Below the pieces are notes generated by a model. It did not search any database. It was given only the letters and a program-made list of their open reading frames with translations, and had not been told where the DNA came from. Below, in pieces: positions 35,533-48,877 of a stretch of DNA of 64,000 nt (position 1 is the stretch's first letter; each line of letters opens with the position of its first letter). This DNA is from Phoronis australis (Eukaryota > Animalia > Phoronida): assembly GCA_002633005.1 (NCBI GenBank), contig NMRA01000421.1, forward strand, positions 1-64,000. The letters run 5' to 3'. Position numbers and translations under genes: made by a program.

Positions 35533-38500
35533 TTACAATCACGGTATGAAACCATCAAGAGTTGAGTAACCGTGTTCCAACACGGAGAGTAAGAATGGGT
35601 ATAGGACCAGTACATTGACCGGTAGCGAGGAGCTGCCTCAAGTAGCCATATCTGAGATCTTCATTGTCACCGTGTGAAAGTACGATATTCTCGATGAACT
35701 AAAGCTAGTTGCTAGTCAGCTCAGCTCAGCTGTGATTCACTTGAAACAGGCAGCTCGTACCGGCCGTCTGCACTTGGTCTAAGGTCTGGATTCGTTTTAT
35801 TGTGATCCATTTTCGGAAAAAAAATTACTTTATTGTGGTCATCCTTTGAAGGATTTTTTTTTGAAAAGGTGAGGTCCCGACGTCCCTCGGGTATAGTTCC
35901 TTTGGGGCTGTTGCAAAATGCGTAGTTGAAACAGGACCGGTAGTCCAGTTTCTGGTGGCTGGGGAAAATAATAGTGTGTCCCAAAAATGTACACACTTCC
36001 TGAACGCCTGGAGTTCAAATTCAGTTTCCGTGGATCACTGAGATCTGCGCAGGCCTACTGCATGGATAAAACTTATTTTCAACGTGAATACGTCAGTCAC
36101 GCGAATCTGGACAAGCAATCAATTCAGTTTTGAAGAACAAAAATTCACTGGTCAATACTACTGGAAACTGAAAACACCAAGGAAGTGCAAAGACAACCTT
36201 TCCAAGAAATGAGTTTATTTTATGTATTTAAGGATTTTTAACACGTTTTTTAAATTTGCTATCTACAGTTTGTGAGTCCGAATTTCATCAATGTCTTTCA
36301 GAGTTATCTTAGATACGCAAAAATCGTCTATAAATGTACTTTACTATTTGGGAATAGGATTATAGAGTTTATCCAACTTCAGGCTGCAATTAAATTCACT
36401 GAAACATCATCAATTCTTGCAAGATTAGCTTGTAATTGTTAAAAATTATCTATGAATCTATCGATTTTCGTAGATACATGAACAAGTAAATTAAAAACCA
36501 ACGAATTTGTTCATCCAAACGGATTTATATAAGCAATTTCCAGTGGGAATATGGGAGATGCCGAAGGCATTCGTATTAATGTGTATTTTTGTTCATTTCA
36601 GAGGTAACTAATACAGTTCACGAGGTAAACTTGAACACCACTGACGAAAAAACACTGAAACCTTTGTTTATGATTCCAAGAGTTCTTTGAGTACCCCCTT
36701 TCGACATGTACACAGTCATCACAAATGGCAGCCTAATGACAGCAGTGTTTTCCACACGTGGGAATTCCTGACCAAGAACTAACTGTTAGTAACCATCTTC
36801 AAAAGAGCTACTATCACCCTTGCGATACCACGGGAAGTACTTACAATATTTTATAGCTAACCATCGGAAATAGACCTTTTGTGTAATTCGAAAAGTAGTC
36901 TTCACGTTCTTCAAAATTCCACCTTTTCGATGGCGGCACTCCTACTGTATTTTTTCCCTTTTTTGGTTGTTTGGGTTTAAATGATTGTGCGGTGCACGAT
37001 TGCTTTGTGCTTTTTTGGTGAATTTGGAATCTCACTTTCCATTGATAATACTTGGCAGTGTCGGATTTACATGTATAGAGGGACAAAGGGACATTTGCCC
37101 CGAACTGCTCCACCGAAAGAGGGTACCGTCTGAAATGGGACACCTTAAGATGAAAGGCTAAACATCATTAAGCTTGGAAAAATGTGACGGTACATTCCAC
37201 CGTCGTGTGGTCCCAAAACGATGCAGGGAGTAACCTTTAACATGAAAGCCGGTTGCACGATTTCACAAAAAAACGGGAAAATAGAGGTAATCGATTCCAA
37301 CATTGAGTCCTATCTCCGTGAGCGGCTCCTTAAGAATTTGTCAGTAAAAACACAAAAAGGGTGGCCACTTGAATGTCATCAATGGTTTCCTTCAAGGGCG
37401 GGGACCCTAAATATGAAAATATCTGCATTTTCAAATATCAGGAAAGGCGCATCAATTGATGATATCTGTCGGGTCATCAATTTTTCTCAAGTAACATATA
37501 GTTTCGAGAAAAATGTAAAGTGAAAGTTGTCTCCGTTATCCTCTACTGGGGAGGGGCGTGTGGAAAAATATAGCTCTGCATAAGCTTCGCTTTACAAATT
37601 TTCTCGATTTTTCGAAATGTATGTATGATTGATTTCGTGCACGGTTTCAATTGCGTTTAGACGACCTGTGCTGCAAAAGCGGAGCCCCTAACCACAATGT
37701 CCTGGCCAGGGTCCTCAGAAGGTAAACTATGCACTGATGCAGAGTTGTTAAATGTTCTCTTGAATTTTCTCTATTTTCCGTATTTCGTAGTCTTTCTTTA
37801 CTGGACTGTTAACGGCCCCACGCCTATGTCGGTTGCCACGGTTTAAGCGCCGCCTGAAAAATTTTGGAGGGGCCTGTGCCCCCCCCCTCCCCCCGCTTCC
37901 TACAGCCCTGCAATAGGGCCGTCCCGGATTACACAGTGGTACTCTATCTCTCTGTATTTACCTACAATGCGTAAACATACGTCAGGCACATTTGCTACTG
38001 TACCTCGTTTTCATGCCATTGCAGTTTTTACGTGTTACTATTTGTTGTCTGATTCTTTACAAGTTTTTCACGGTTGCTGTATTCCATTCGTCCTTCCAAT
38101 GCCAACTAAGTATTTCTGCTGTGCTGTGGGCTGAAGCTCCGACGTGAGAAAGTTTGATAAACGCCCGGGCGTTTATTCGGAAAAGTTGGGAGCATAAACG
38201 GAAAATCGTAATTTTCCTGGCCTCTGAGAAATGTAGTTTTGCATTCGCAAAATTGTCTTATCGAATTTAAAAATCCAGTAAATGAATACGATCCTCAATT
38301 GCTCCGCCATACAACTTTTTTCGATTTTTCGAAATGTACATATGAATGGTTAAGGACACGTTTTCAACTGCCTTTAGACGACCTGTGCTGCAAGAACAGA
38401 GACCTTAACAACAATATCCTGCCTAGGGCCCTAAAAAGGTAAACCTTGCACTGATACTCACTTTTCAAGTGTCTTCTTGAATTCCATACCGTCCCCGGCC

Positions 38501-41500
38501 CCATGTCTATGTTGGTTGCCACGGTTTAACCCTGACGCCTGCAATTTTTGGGGATTGTACATGCGCCCGACCGCTTCCTACAGCCATGCTAGCGAGGTTT
38601 CTTTTGATCTCACGCACACCCGACTTTCCCCGGTTATTCCCAGTGCTAGTGAGAGGGTAGCATGCTGAACGTGTTGGCTTTGTCGACTCGGTTACAAACC
38701 ACGCAGCTGTCTGGATGTATTGAATTATGGTTTCTGGTTGTTTTTACTTTTCCATGTTTAAAGTTTTGTGCATATCTGTCTTGATTACGGAAAACCTTCA
38801 AATTTTGTTTTTGAAGCACAAAAATCGGCGTACGGATAGTGAAATTACAGTACAGAGACCAGTTTTATAGTGACCAGCGTCTTTGCCTGGCTCGGTAGAG
38901 ACGGTGTAGCTGCTACAGCAGCTTCATACGCCAGAAGCTTTTCGGCGAAATCTGCCTCACATTGATTAAAAACACAAAATCACGTTGTTATATGTACCTT
39001 TTGGCTATAAAGAGACACCTTAGGAGACCTTCGATGTCTTTAATTTCTTCCAACTCGATCAAATACTCCCGTTATCAAACCTTTTCTTCGAACAGTACCT
39101 CGTTCAGTTCCCAAAATCGGTATCTGGCCATTTTTGCACTGCGCACGCCAGGGAATATGACGTCATACCACTTGCAGCGCGCACTGTTAAAATTGGCCAG
39201 TTTCCGTGAGTCAATTCTAAAACTTGAGGGAGTGGCTATAATTGTTTGCAAGAGAGGGGGACTTGAGGACATTACATAACGCTAAATCGTCGTGAGACCG
39301 TCCGGAGTTGGTATATGGTGCAACTCTGGACAGTCTGGGGTCAACAGAAAACCCACAATTCAATTGTGAGTCTACACCAATGTGATAAACGAGAATGGTT
39401 CTACTTGCTGCGTCAGCTACAAGTATGCTTATCTCTTTTATGACACACAATGTGTGACTGGGCAAAGCGTTTTCAAAATAATGTGGATAAATCAGTGGAG
39501 TGTGAGACACCTGGGGTCCCTGTCAAGTCCACACGACAATTCTACATATACCTTATGAGCGGAAAATTGATGACATCCCGCGAGGCGACGTCAAAATTCA
39601 AGGGACACTCGAATGGACAATCCATCCCCGCTCCTATTGGTGAGTCACATTGCAGAGCTGATTTTAACATTGTGGCGTACACGCAATTACCTATGCAATC
39701 CCTCCGGTGGACTCGAGTATGCCCTGTCCATACCAAAGCAGTTGTAACTTTTAAAACTGATTGAAAAACCTGACCAATTTTCTTCTCGTCGCTTCGTTAC
39801 TGGTCGTGACTTAAAAATGTATTGAATACCATACTACATTCCCACCTAATACGTTTCGTGGGTCTGAGTCCATTTGACAAACCACCTTTTGCGGAAATGC
39901 TAAAAAGGTAAAACATTAGCCAGGATCACATAAGTTAGAACTGTTAGTTAACACCTGCCATATATTGGTGACATCACGTAACCTACATGCGTATAAAGTC
40001 TGGACAGATCTATGTCACGATCGGGGTTCGAACTTGGAATTTCTGCTCGCCTTGCGGACGTGGCGTGTATGAAAACTAAGTGTTTTCACTTACAGGACAT
40101 CAGCATGCTGATTGATAAGAAAATGATTATATTAACCAGGATCATCTTTGCTCGATGTTTCACTTAATTGTGCTCATCTGATGAAAAATGACCCGGCCAA
40201 TGAGTCATTTTCACTAATTTAAAATTTAAAGTGGCATGGAACGCGATAGCTCGTCAAAAATATTTTAAACGATTCCTGACGAAGATGCCATCTCGCAACG
40301 TTTATTATAGAATTTTTAATTTCCCCTGTGAGGGACTTTCCTTGAAAAATGACGTTCACAATGTTTGAAATACTCAGAAAGGAAAAACTCTGTAGTTACC
40401 TCAGAGTTTCTAATCTCCCTCCCCTCGCTCTTATGATAAATGCGCGCATGCGCTCACGCTCATTCGGCAAACAGCTGACTGACAAGAGGCATAGGCAAGC
40501 TTAACTCCTGGTGCCAAAAGAGCTGCTTTGAGTTATGTAATCTTTGTCTGAATCATGATGTTGTGCAGAATCCAATTACACAAAGTAAACAGTTGGGATG
40601 TCAAGTTTTTCCACTAAGCAATTTACTAACAGAACGTATTGTGTTGATTCCGTGACTTTCACTCTTCAAATTAATGTACATCTCCTATGATAGTAAGGCA
40701 TTTTTTCATTTGACGTTACTAAAACGTACTTCCGTTAGACGAACGTAAAAACAACTCAGTCGCGTTTGTGAAAGCGAGAACTAAAAAATTAAGAGTGAAC
40801 AACCACAACCAAGTTGTTCATATGAGACACATGTTAAGTGGCTCCTGCTGGGGTATCGGGCTCAAAATCTGAAGTACTCACCCCAGCCAAGGCTGATCGT
40901 TCCCGACCGCACTGCGCAAAACTCGGGTCACTCGCCTCAGGAGAAAACTTGGCACTGGATATAAACGGCAGATTATCATGTCTGCTCCCACTCCGAATCT
41001 GAGGTCGACACCACAGTGATGAGACAAGCCAATGAAGCAAATATTTTCCCAAAGAGAGTTCCATATGCAGTTTAGAATATATTTGAATATTACGATACTT
41101 TTGTATCGGGCTGCTGCTTGAAGTCGCCATTGCGTTGTTTGCATCAAATGTCATAAGTCAGATTTTCCATGAGTATTGTCATGCCATAACAAATAAGGAG
41201 ACGTGATTTGCCTTGTGGGAGAAAAATCAACGAAGAGACAAGCAATTGACAGGTCGTTTTTTTTTAATTTGAAACTAATAAACATCAACGGAAAGTCCAC
41301 GTGTTTACGATTAAACCGTAAAATTATCTGGAGAACACGTTGAATTGTGTTTCAGTGTCAGAGAGCCACTCTGAATAACGCAATTTTGTTTATCGCGTTC
41401 TAGGCCTCTTTAAAGCTACACCACCACTGGAAATATGTCGTTAAACAGTATCAGTGAATTCGTCCATGGCTTGCAGTCTAGCTATATGAATTCCGCAGTT

Positions 41501-41703
41501 AAAAGGGCCCCCGAAGTCAAACTTATAATCTAACTTTTACACTGCACGTCTGGTATCGAGTGACAGTTGATCTACAATATAAACAAACCAACCGATAACT
41601 CGTTGATTTTAAGCGTAATGGTTGGCTGTTTTGATACAGCGACCGGTATTATTCAAGCATTATTATTCAAGCATTAGATGGCTTAGTTTGTTTCAGTCGA
41701 ATC

Positions 41704-43164
41704 ATGGCCACTCTGACATTGACGTTTTTATTCGTACTTTTACTGACTGTCTGGATAACAGGGATTGTAACGTTGTGGTTGCTCAATCTCATTGGCTCTG
41801 CTAAATTTTCAGTATCTACCCATTCAGCAACGCGCACATTAGAAATTGCTGAGAACCAGAGGCGGCTACTGCAACTTGACGATCAACGACAGAAGTTGCA
41901 ACGGAGGCTTGCGAGCCTGTTGAAACGCTACGGAATCTTGACACATAAACTGAAACAACGCTACCCACCTGAAACGTATTTACAGCAGAAGTTAAGTACA
42001 TGCATTCAATCAGAGAATTATCTGAAAAAGCAAGTATTGGGCGCCGAGGTATTGACGGGCAAGCGATACAGAAGCGAACATGACACCTCGGTTTTCACAG
42101 CGTTTTCATTGGATCCACCCATGGTTCACACGAGCCAGACCGTTTTCAGCAACAGCGTGTCTCACGCGCCTCGCGGAGATCACTCAGAAGATCTTCAAGA
42201 AGTAGTTAAGTATTCACTGAACCTCCTGCTGAAAGAAAAGCGAAATGTGACACTGCAGTTTCTTCAAGGACTGTATCGTCTACTACCAAAGCACGGTGCA
42301 CATTACCTATTGGCGTTCAACACAAGTAGTCAAGGTCGAAGTGCCGTCACCATGGCTACAATGTTTCGGCCGTTTGCACCCACGGTTTTGTCAAAAGTAG
42401 AGAAAGTCAGTTTTGGCAAGTCTCAGGCACACGTACACGTGGTCCTCCCTTTGTCTGGTCGCTTAAAGGAGTTTGAAAATTTCATCAGCCATTTCCGTGA
42501 ACTTCAAACTGCAGAGAATTTAGTGCTGACAATTGTGTATTTCGGTTCAGTTGAGCTGAATGCTGTGAAGATGAAGTTACGCAGTCTCGGCCTACAACCT
42601 CCAATAGCGAATGTAATTCATCTGAATCGAAACTTCTCACGAGCTAAGGGACTGCAGGTCGGTGCGTTCAGCTGGAAGGGTGGTGATGTTATCACTTTTT
42701 TCACCGACGTTGATGTGATATTCCGCAAAAACTTTATACGAAGATGCCGTATCTACACTCATCCAAATAAGAATGTTTATTTTCCAATAGTTTTTAGCCA
42801 TTACAACCCTAAGTATATACAAAATTTGCCAAAGTCTCTTGACTCGATGGAGAACCGTGGGTACTGGCGCGGCTACGGGTTTGGTATGAGCTGTCAGTAT
42901 CTATCTGATTTTAAAAAGATGACAGGGTTTGAGAATGGTGTGAAAGGATGGGGGGGAGAGGACATAGTGTTGTACCGTCGATACTTGGCAAGTGACCTGA
43001 TGGTGATACGTGCTTTCGATGTAGACATTGAGCATATATGGCATCCCAAATACTGCGACGCATTGTCACGTGACTCCAAAAAAAGGGTCTGGTGCCAGAG
43101 AGTAAGGGCAACAAATGAAGGTTCGAGAAGGGTGTTGGCTATGATTATGAACGGCAACGTTTAG
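41704..43164 (+). CDS. CSGALNACT: Chondroitin sulfate N-acetylgalactosaminyltransferase-like (CSGALNACT1/2 family), 486 aa, single coding exon
   Basis: Type II TM anchor, coiled-coil stem, FRPF, VVLPLSGR, FSRAKGL, FFTDVD (DxD), YFPIVFSHYNP, GYWRGYGFGMSCQY, GWGGED, HIWHPKYC and NEGS motifs. Acceptor AG 7 nt upstream of the ATG; AATAAA just after the stop. Confidence 0.92.
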   Translation: MATLTLTFLFVLLLTVWITGIVTLWLLNLIGSAKFSVSTHSATRTLEIAENQRRLLQLDDQRQKLQRRLASLLKRYGILTHKLKQRYPPETYLQQKLSTCIQSENYLKKQVLGAEVLTGKRYRSEHDTSVFTAFSLDPPMVHTSQTVFSNSVSHAPRGDHSEDLQEVVKYSLNLLLKEKRNVTLQFLQGLYRLLPKHGAHYLLAFNTSSQGRSAVTMATMFRPFAPTVLSKVEKVSFGKSQAHVHVVLPLSGRLKEFENFISHFRELQTAENLVLTIVYFGSVELNAVKMKLRSLGLQPPIANVIHLNRNFSRAKGLQVGAFSWKGGDVITFFTDVDVIFRKNFIRRCRIYTHPNKNVYFPIVFSHYNPKYIQNLPKSLDSMENRGYWRGYGFGMSCQYLSDFKKMTGFENGVKGWGGEDIVLYRRYLASDLMVIRAFDVDIEHIWHPKYCDALSRDSKKRVWCQRVRATNEGSRRVLAMIMNGNV

Positions 43165-45458
43165 TTGTTCAATAAATGTTAGCCGTTACCAATTCGTAGT
43201 AGACATTCATGTCCGCTGATCGATAAAGTTCCATCAGACGCCAATTGTTGTGTTTTGTTTATCGTTATACCTGCTTTAATCATGCTGAGACCGTTCCTTA
43301 ATTTCTTGCGTTGCCAGTATTTTTAGAACACTGTCTCCATTTGATTCTTCAGTAGAATGTAACTCCCGCGCACTTGTAGTAGNCCCGTGCCCCCCCCCCT
43401 CTCCCCCCGCTTCCTACAGCCCTGCAATAGGGCCGTCCCGGATTACACAGTGGTACTCTATCTCTCTGTATTTACCTACAATGCGTAAACATCCGTCAGA
43501 CACATTTGCTACTGTACCTCGTTTTCATGCCATTGTAGTTTCACGTGTTACTATTTGTTGTCTGATTCTTTACAAGTTTTTCACGATTGCTGTATTCCAT
43601 TCGTCCTTCCAATGCCAACGAAGTATTTCTGCTGTGCTGTGGGCTGAAGCTCCGACGTGAGAAAGTTTGATAAACGCCCGGGTGTTTATTCGGAAAAGTT
43701 GGGAGTGTAAACGGAAAATCGTAATTTTCCTGGCCTCTGAAAAATGTAGTTTTGCATTCGCAAAATTGTCTTATCGAATTTAAAAATCCAGTAAATGAAT
43801 ACGCTCCTCAATTGCTCCGCCATACAACTTTTTTCGAGTTTTCGAAATGTGCATATGAATGGTTTAGGACACGTTTTCAACTGCGTTTAGACGACCTGTG
43901 CTGCAAGAAGAGAGACTTTAACAACAATATCCTGCCCAGGGCCCTAAAAGGGTAAACCTTGCACTGATACTCACTTATCAAGTGTCTTCTTGAATTTCAG
44001 ACCGTCCCCGGCCCCATGTCTATGTTGGTTGCCATGGTTTAACCCTGACGCCTGCAAATTTAGGGGATTGTACATGCCCCCGACCGCTTCCAACAGCCAT
44101 GCTAGCGAGGTTTCTTTTGATCTCACGCACACCCGACTTTCCCCGGTTATTCCCAGTGCTAGTGAGAGGGTAGCATGCTGAACGTTTCGGCTTTGTCGAC
44201 TCGGTTACAAACCACGCAGCTGCCTGGATGTATTGAATTATGGTTTCTGGTTGTTTTTACTTTTCCATGTTTAACGTTTTGTGCATATCTGTCTTGATTA
44301 CGGAAAACCTTCAAATTTTGTTTTTGAAGCACAAAAATCGGCGTACGATAGTGAAGTTACAGTACAGAGACCAGTTTTATAGTGACCACCGTCTTTGCCT
44401 GGCTCGGTAGAGACGGTGTAGCTGCTACAGCAGCTTCATACGCGCCGGAAGCTTTTCGGCGAAATTTGCCTCACATTGATTAAAAAAACAAAATCACGTT
44501 GTTAGATGTACCCTTTGGCTATAAAGAGACACCTTAGGAGACCGTCGATGTCTTTAATTCCTTCCAACTCGATACTCCCGTTATCAAACCTTTTCTTCGA
44601 ACAGCACCTCGTTCAGTTCCCAAAATCGGTATCTGGCCATTTTTACACTGCGCACGCCAGGGAATATGACGTCATACCACTTGCAGCGCGCACTGTTAAA
44701 ATTGGCCAGTTTGGCGTGAGTCAATTCTAAAACTTGAGGGAGTGGCTATAATTGTTTGCAAGAGAGGGGGACTTGAGGACAGTACATAACGCTAAATCGT
44801 CGTGAGAGACCGTCCGGAGTTGTGATAAACGAGAATGGTTCTACTTGCTGCGTCAGCTGCAGGTATGCTTATCTCTTTTATGACACACAATGTGTGACTG
44901 GGCGAAGTGTTTTCAAAATAATGTGGGTAAATCAGTGGAGTGTGAGACCCCTGAGGTCCCTGTCAAGTCCACACGACAATTCTACCTTATGAGCGGAAAA
45001 TTGGTGACATCCCACGAGGCGACGCCAAAACTAAACAAGGGACATTCGAATGGACAATCCACCCCCGCTCTTATTGGTGAGTCATTTGCAGAGCTGATTT
45101 TAACATTGGTGGCCGGTACACGCAATTACCTATGCATTCCCTCCGGTGGACTCGAGTATGCCCTGTCCATACCAAAGCAGTTGTAACTTTTAAAACTGAT
45201 TGAAAAACCTGACCAATTTTCTTCTCGTCGCTTCGTTACTGGTCTTGACTTAAAAATGTATTGAATACCATACTACATTCCCACCTAATACGTTGGGTCT
45301 GAGTCCATTTGACAAACCACCTCTTGCGGAAATGCTAAAAAGGTAAAACATTAGCCAGTATCACATAAGTAAGAACTGTTAGTCTTAACACCTGTCATAT
45401 GTTGGGGACATCACGTAACCTACATGCGTATAAAGTCTGGACAGATCTATGTCATGAT

Positions 45459-46065
45459 CGCAGAATGGTGAATGTTGGCCAATTCCCTTTTTGTCCACTG
45501 ACGTCACAAGCATACTGTCGCCCCCAGTGGAGGCCCTGAGAACTCGTAAATAAACCGAGTTCATGAACCCGGTAGTATCCAGCCTAGCAACGGCCGAGCC
45601 AAGCTGGCGAACAGACTTGTATTTATTGTGGGACGTTGAGTATCGCTTTTTTCTAAAAACATAATGCATGGTATATAATAATGAATGGTGTATAGTACCA
45701 ATTAATTATGATTGAAAGATTCCTTTTTAGTCGAGCGTAAACGAGGCTATTTCGCGTGGGGATAAAACTTTGGATTTGCCGGCGTGTGTAACACAGAACA
45801 GTTGGATCGTGTTGCAGGATCCCTAGAGTGAATATTCCAATTTTCTTAATTGATTGGAACAATATTGATTTTCTGAGAGGTATGACATGCAACATTATTT
45901 AAAAAACACACTAAAACATAGCGACTCTGGAAAAATCATAAAAAATACTTTAACCACAGTCGCCAACATGCTTGTTTACGAGTTCTCAGGGCCTCCACTG
46001 GGGGCGCCAGTATGCTTGTGACGTCAGTAGACAAAAGGGAATTGGCCAACATTCACCATTGTGCG
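45459..46065. mobile_element. 607-bp MITE with ~90-bp TIRs, absent from the other copy
   Basis: CGCAGAATGGTGAATGTTGGCCAATTCCC..GGGAATTGGCCAACATTCACCATTGTGCG; TCATGAT duplicated; empty site at ~40014-40021. Confidence 0.85.
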
Positions 46066-46219
46066 TCATGATCGGGGTTCGAACTTGGAATTTCTGCTCG
46101 CCGTGCGGACGTGGCGTGTATGAAAACTAAGTGTTTTCACTTACACGACATCAGCATGCTGATTGATAAGAAAATGATTATATTAACCAGGATCATCTTT
46201 GCTCGATGTTTCACTTAAT

Positions 46220-47349
46220 AGTCCTTTTGCGAGTTTATAACAACAACGCGAGATTATGTGAAACTTAACTGTGACGTCACGGGAAGTGGGGCAAAAGCTT
46301 CAGTGTCGTTTGGCTAATTTGCCCAATACGTTAGCAGAGTGTATTCTGTTATTTTCTTCCACTTTTTGGCAGTTTAGTTCGAAAAATGCCAAACAAGCAT
46401 TGCTGTCATGGCAAATTAAATTCAGATTCGCACTACAATACGTTCTATCGCGTTTTGTGCTAATTTCGTTTCGTGTATTTTAAACGGGCGATAGGCGAAA
46501 TCCGCTCACTGATTAAGTTTTCACCACGTCAAAAATACATTCTACATCTAAAATTATCACCTAAAAAGGCGCTTACTTTATTCAGTGGTCCTTTCTTCTT
46601 CTAAACATATCTTCGATGAAGCATCATAGCTAACGGAATTCAGGTGACTTTGGCGAAGAAGTCCAAATCCACATTGTGGTTACTGATAACTTAAACCGCG
46701 CGCGCGCGATAACCAGAAAGTAGTTCAACTGGAGACTGAGTGATGCGCGAGAACTGGCGCGTGACACTTGCAAAATAACATGAGAACATATCAAGTGAAT
46801 TTGTAAGATTTGTGTTCCTTGGACTTATTGTTCGTGATTTCGTGTAACTTCCTCAAAATGAAGCCCTGTGAGAGATACTTGAGCGAACTGCGAGGTTTTC
46901 ATGGAAGGTTCAAGTTATTTGTAGACCGCTAAATTGTATCCAGAGTCAGGGTATGTGTTAATTAATTATAACTCCATGTGCGCATATGCATGTTGCATTT
47001 GATTTTATTTGCTGTATTTTGAAGTGAGTAACTTTTTATGGGGATAAACTTTCGCTCCGGTATGCCTGCGGCATTCAGGCCTAGACCGGGTTGGGTTCCA
47101 ATTTCAGTCCGTTCACAGCTTCGCACAACATAACAAGTTCACATTTTCTTCGCCCATTCACAGTTATTCCCCGATCCATCTACCATCTTTTAAGTTGTGT
47201 TAACGTTTTAAGCGTAAAATTCACCATAAGAACTCCAGTAAAATTTAGCGTGTGTAACAAAGACTCGGGACCAAACAAGAGCAATATGGCGGATTTTGCC
47301 CCTTTTCCGGTGACGTCACATTGACTAACGAGAAACTTGCAAGTGAGCT
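46220..47349. mobile_element. 1130-bp non-autonomous ISL2EU/Harbinger-like element, AT TSD, absent from the other copy
   Basis: AT|AGTCCTTTTGCGAGTTT..AAACTTGCAAGTGAGCT|AT with subterminal inverted TGTGACGTCAC..GGGGCAAAA; empty site CACTTAATTGTG at ~40161. Confidence 0.8.
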
Positions 47350-48877
47350 ATTGTGCTTATCTGATGAAAACTGACCCGGCCAATGAGTCATTTTCACGGA
47401 TTTAAAATTTAAAGTGGCATGGCACGCGATAGCTCGTCAAAAATATCTTAAACGATTCCTGACGAAGATGCCATCTCGCAACGTTTATTAAAGAATTTTT
47501 ACTTTCCTCTGTGAGGAACTTTCCTTAAAAAATGACGTTCACAATGTTTGAAATACTCAGAAAGGAAAAACTCTGTAGTTACCTCAGAATTTCTAATCTC
47601 CCTCCCCTCGCTCTTATGATAAATGCGCGCATGCGCTCACGCTCATTCGGCAAACAGCTGACTGACAAGAGGCATAGGCAAGCTTAACCGATGGTGCCAA
47701 AAGAGCTGCTTTGAGTTATGTAATCTTTGTCTGAATCATGATGTTGTGCAGAATCCAATTACACAAAGTAGACAGTTGGGATGTCAAGTTTTTCCACTAA
47801 GCAATTTACTAACAGAACGTATTGTGTTGATTCCGTGACTTTCACTCTTCAAATTAATGTACATCTCCTATGGTAGTAAGACATTTTTTTTCATTTGACG
47901 TAACTAAAACGTACTTCCGGTAGACGAATGTAAAAACAACTCAGGTCGCGTTAGTGAAAGCGCGAACTAAAAAATTAAGAGTGAACAGCCACAACCAAGT
48001 TGTTCATATGAGACACATGTTAAGTGGCTCCTGCTTGGGTATCGGGCTCAAAATCTGAAGTACTCACCCCAGCCAAGGCTGATCGTTCCCGACCGCACTG
48101 CGAAAAACTCGGGTCACTCGCCTCAGGAGAAACTTTGGCACTGGATATAAAAGGCAGATTATCATGTCTGATCGCACTCCGAATCTGAGGTCGACACCAC
48201 AGTGATGAGGCAAGCCAAGAGAATGAAGCAAATATTTTCCCAAAGAGAGTTCCATATGCAGTTTAGAATACATTTGAATACTACGATACTTTTGTATCAG
48301 GCTGCTGCTTGAAGTCGCCATTGCATTGTTTGCATCAAATGTCATAAGTCAGATTTTCCATGAGTATTGTAATGCCATAACAAATAAGGAGACGTGATTT
48401 GCCTTGTGGGAGAAAAATCAACGAAGAGACAAGCAATTGACAGGTCGTTTTTTTAATTTGAAACTAATGAACATCAACAGAAAGTCAAAGTGTTTACGAT
48501 TAAACCGTAAAATTATCTGGAGAACACGTTGAATTGTGTTTCAGTGTTAGAGAGCCACTCTGAATAACGCAATTTTTTTATCGCGTTCTAGGCCTCTCTA
48601 GAGCTACACCACCACTGAAAATATGTCGTTAAATAGTATCAGTGAATTCGTCCATGGCTTGCAGTCTAGCTATATGAATTCCGCAGTTAAGAGGGCCCCC
48701 GAAGTCAAACTTATAATCTAACTTTTACACTGCACGTCTGGTATCGAGTGACAGTTGATCTACAATATAAACAAACCAACCGATAACTCGTTGATTTTAA
48801 GCGTAATGGTTGGCTGTTTTGATACAGCGACCGGTATTATTCAAGCATTAGATGGCTTAGTTTGTTTCAGTCGAATC

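Noticed and set aside
40022-40036. GGTTCGAAC B-box-like motif suggesting a tRNA or SINE
   Set aside because: No cloverleaf or A-box recognisable around it.
40265-40305. Hammerhead-ribozyme-like CTGACGA..CGCAAC motif (also ~47457; similar minus-strand motifs at ~10460 and ~16520)
   Set aside because: The invariant GAAA is GCAA or absent and no convincing stem I/III is present; at most decayed Penelope-type remnants.
40834-41154. Minus-strand ORFs and a GTGAGTA donor upstream of CSGALNACT, present in both copies
   Set aside because: Frames differ between copies through indels and there is no recognisable domain; the apparent conservation only reflects the duplication.
42637-43157. Antisense ORFs overlapping CSGALNACT (similar ones overlap the SLC35D3-like exons)
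   Set aside because: Shadow ORFs of real coding sequence with no independent motifs.
48755-48877. 41-aa N-terminal extension of CSGALNACT copy 2
   Set aside because: TTG start, lies upstream of a splice acceptor, and the frame is broken by a 14-bp duplication in copy 1.
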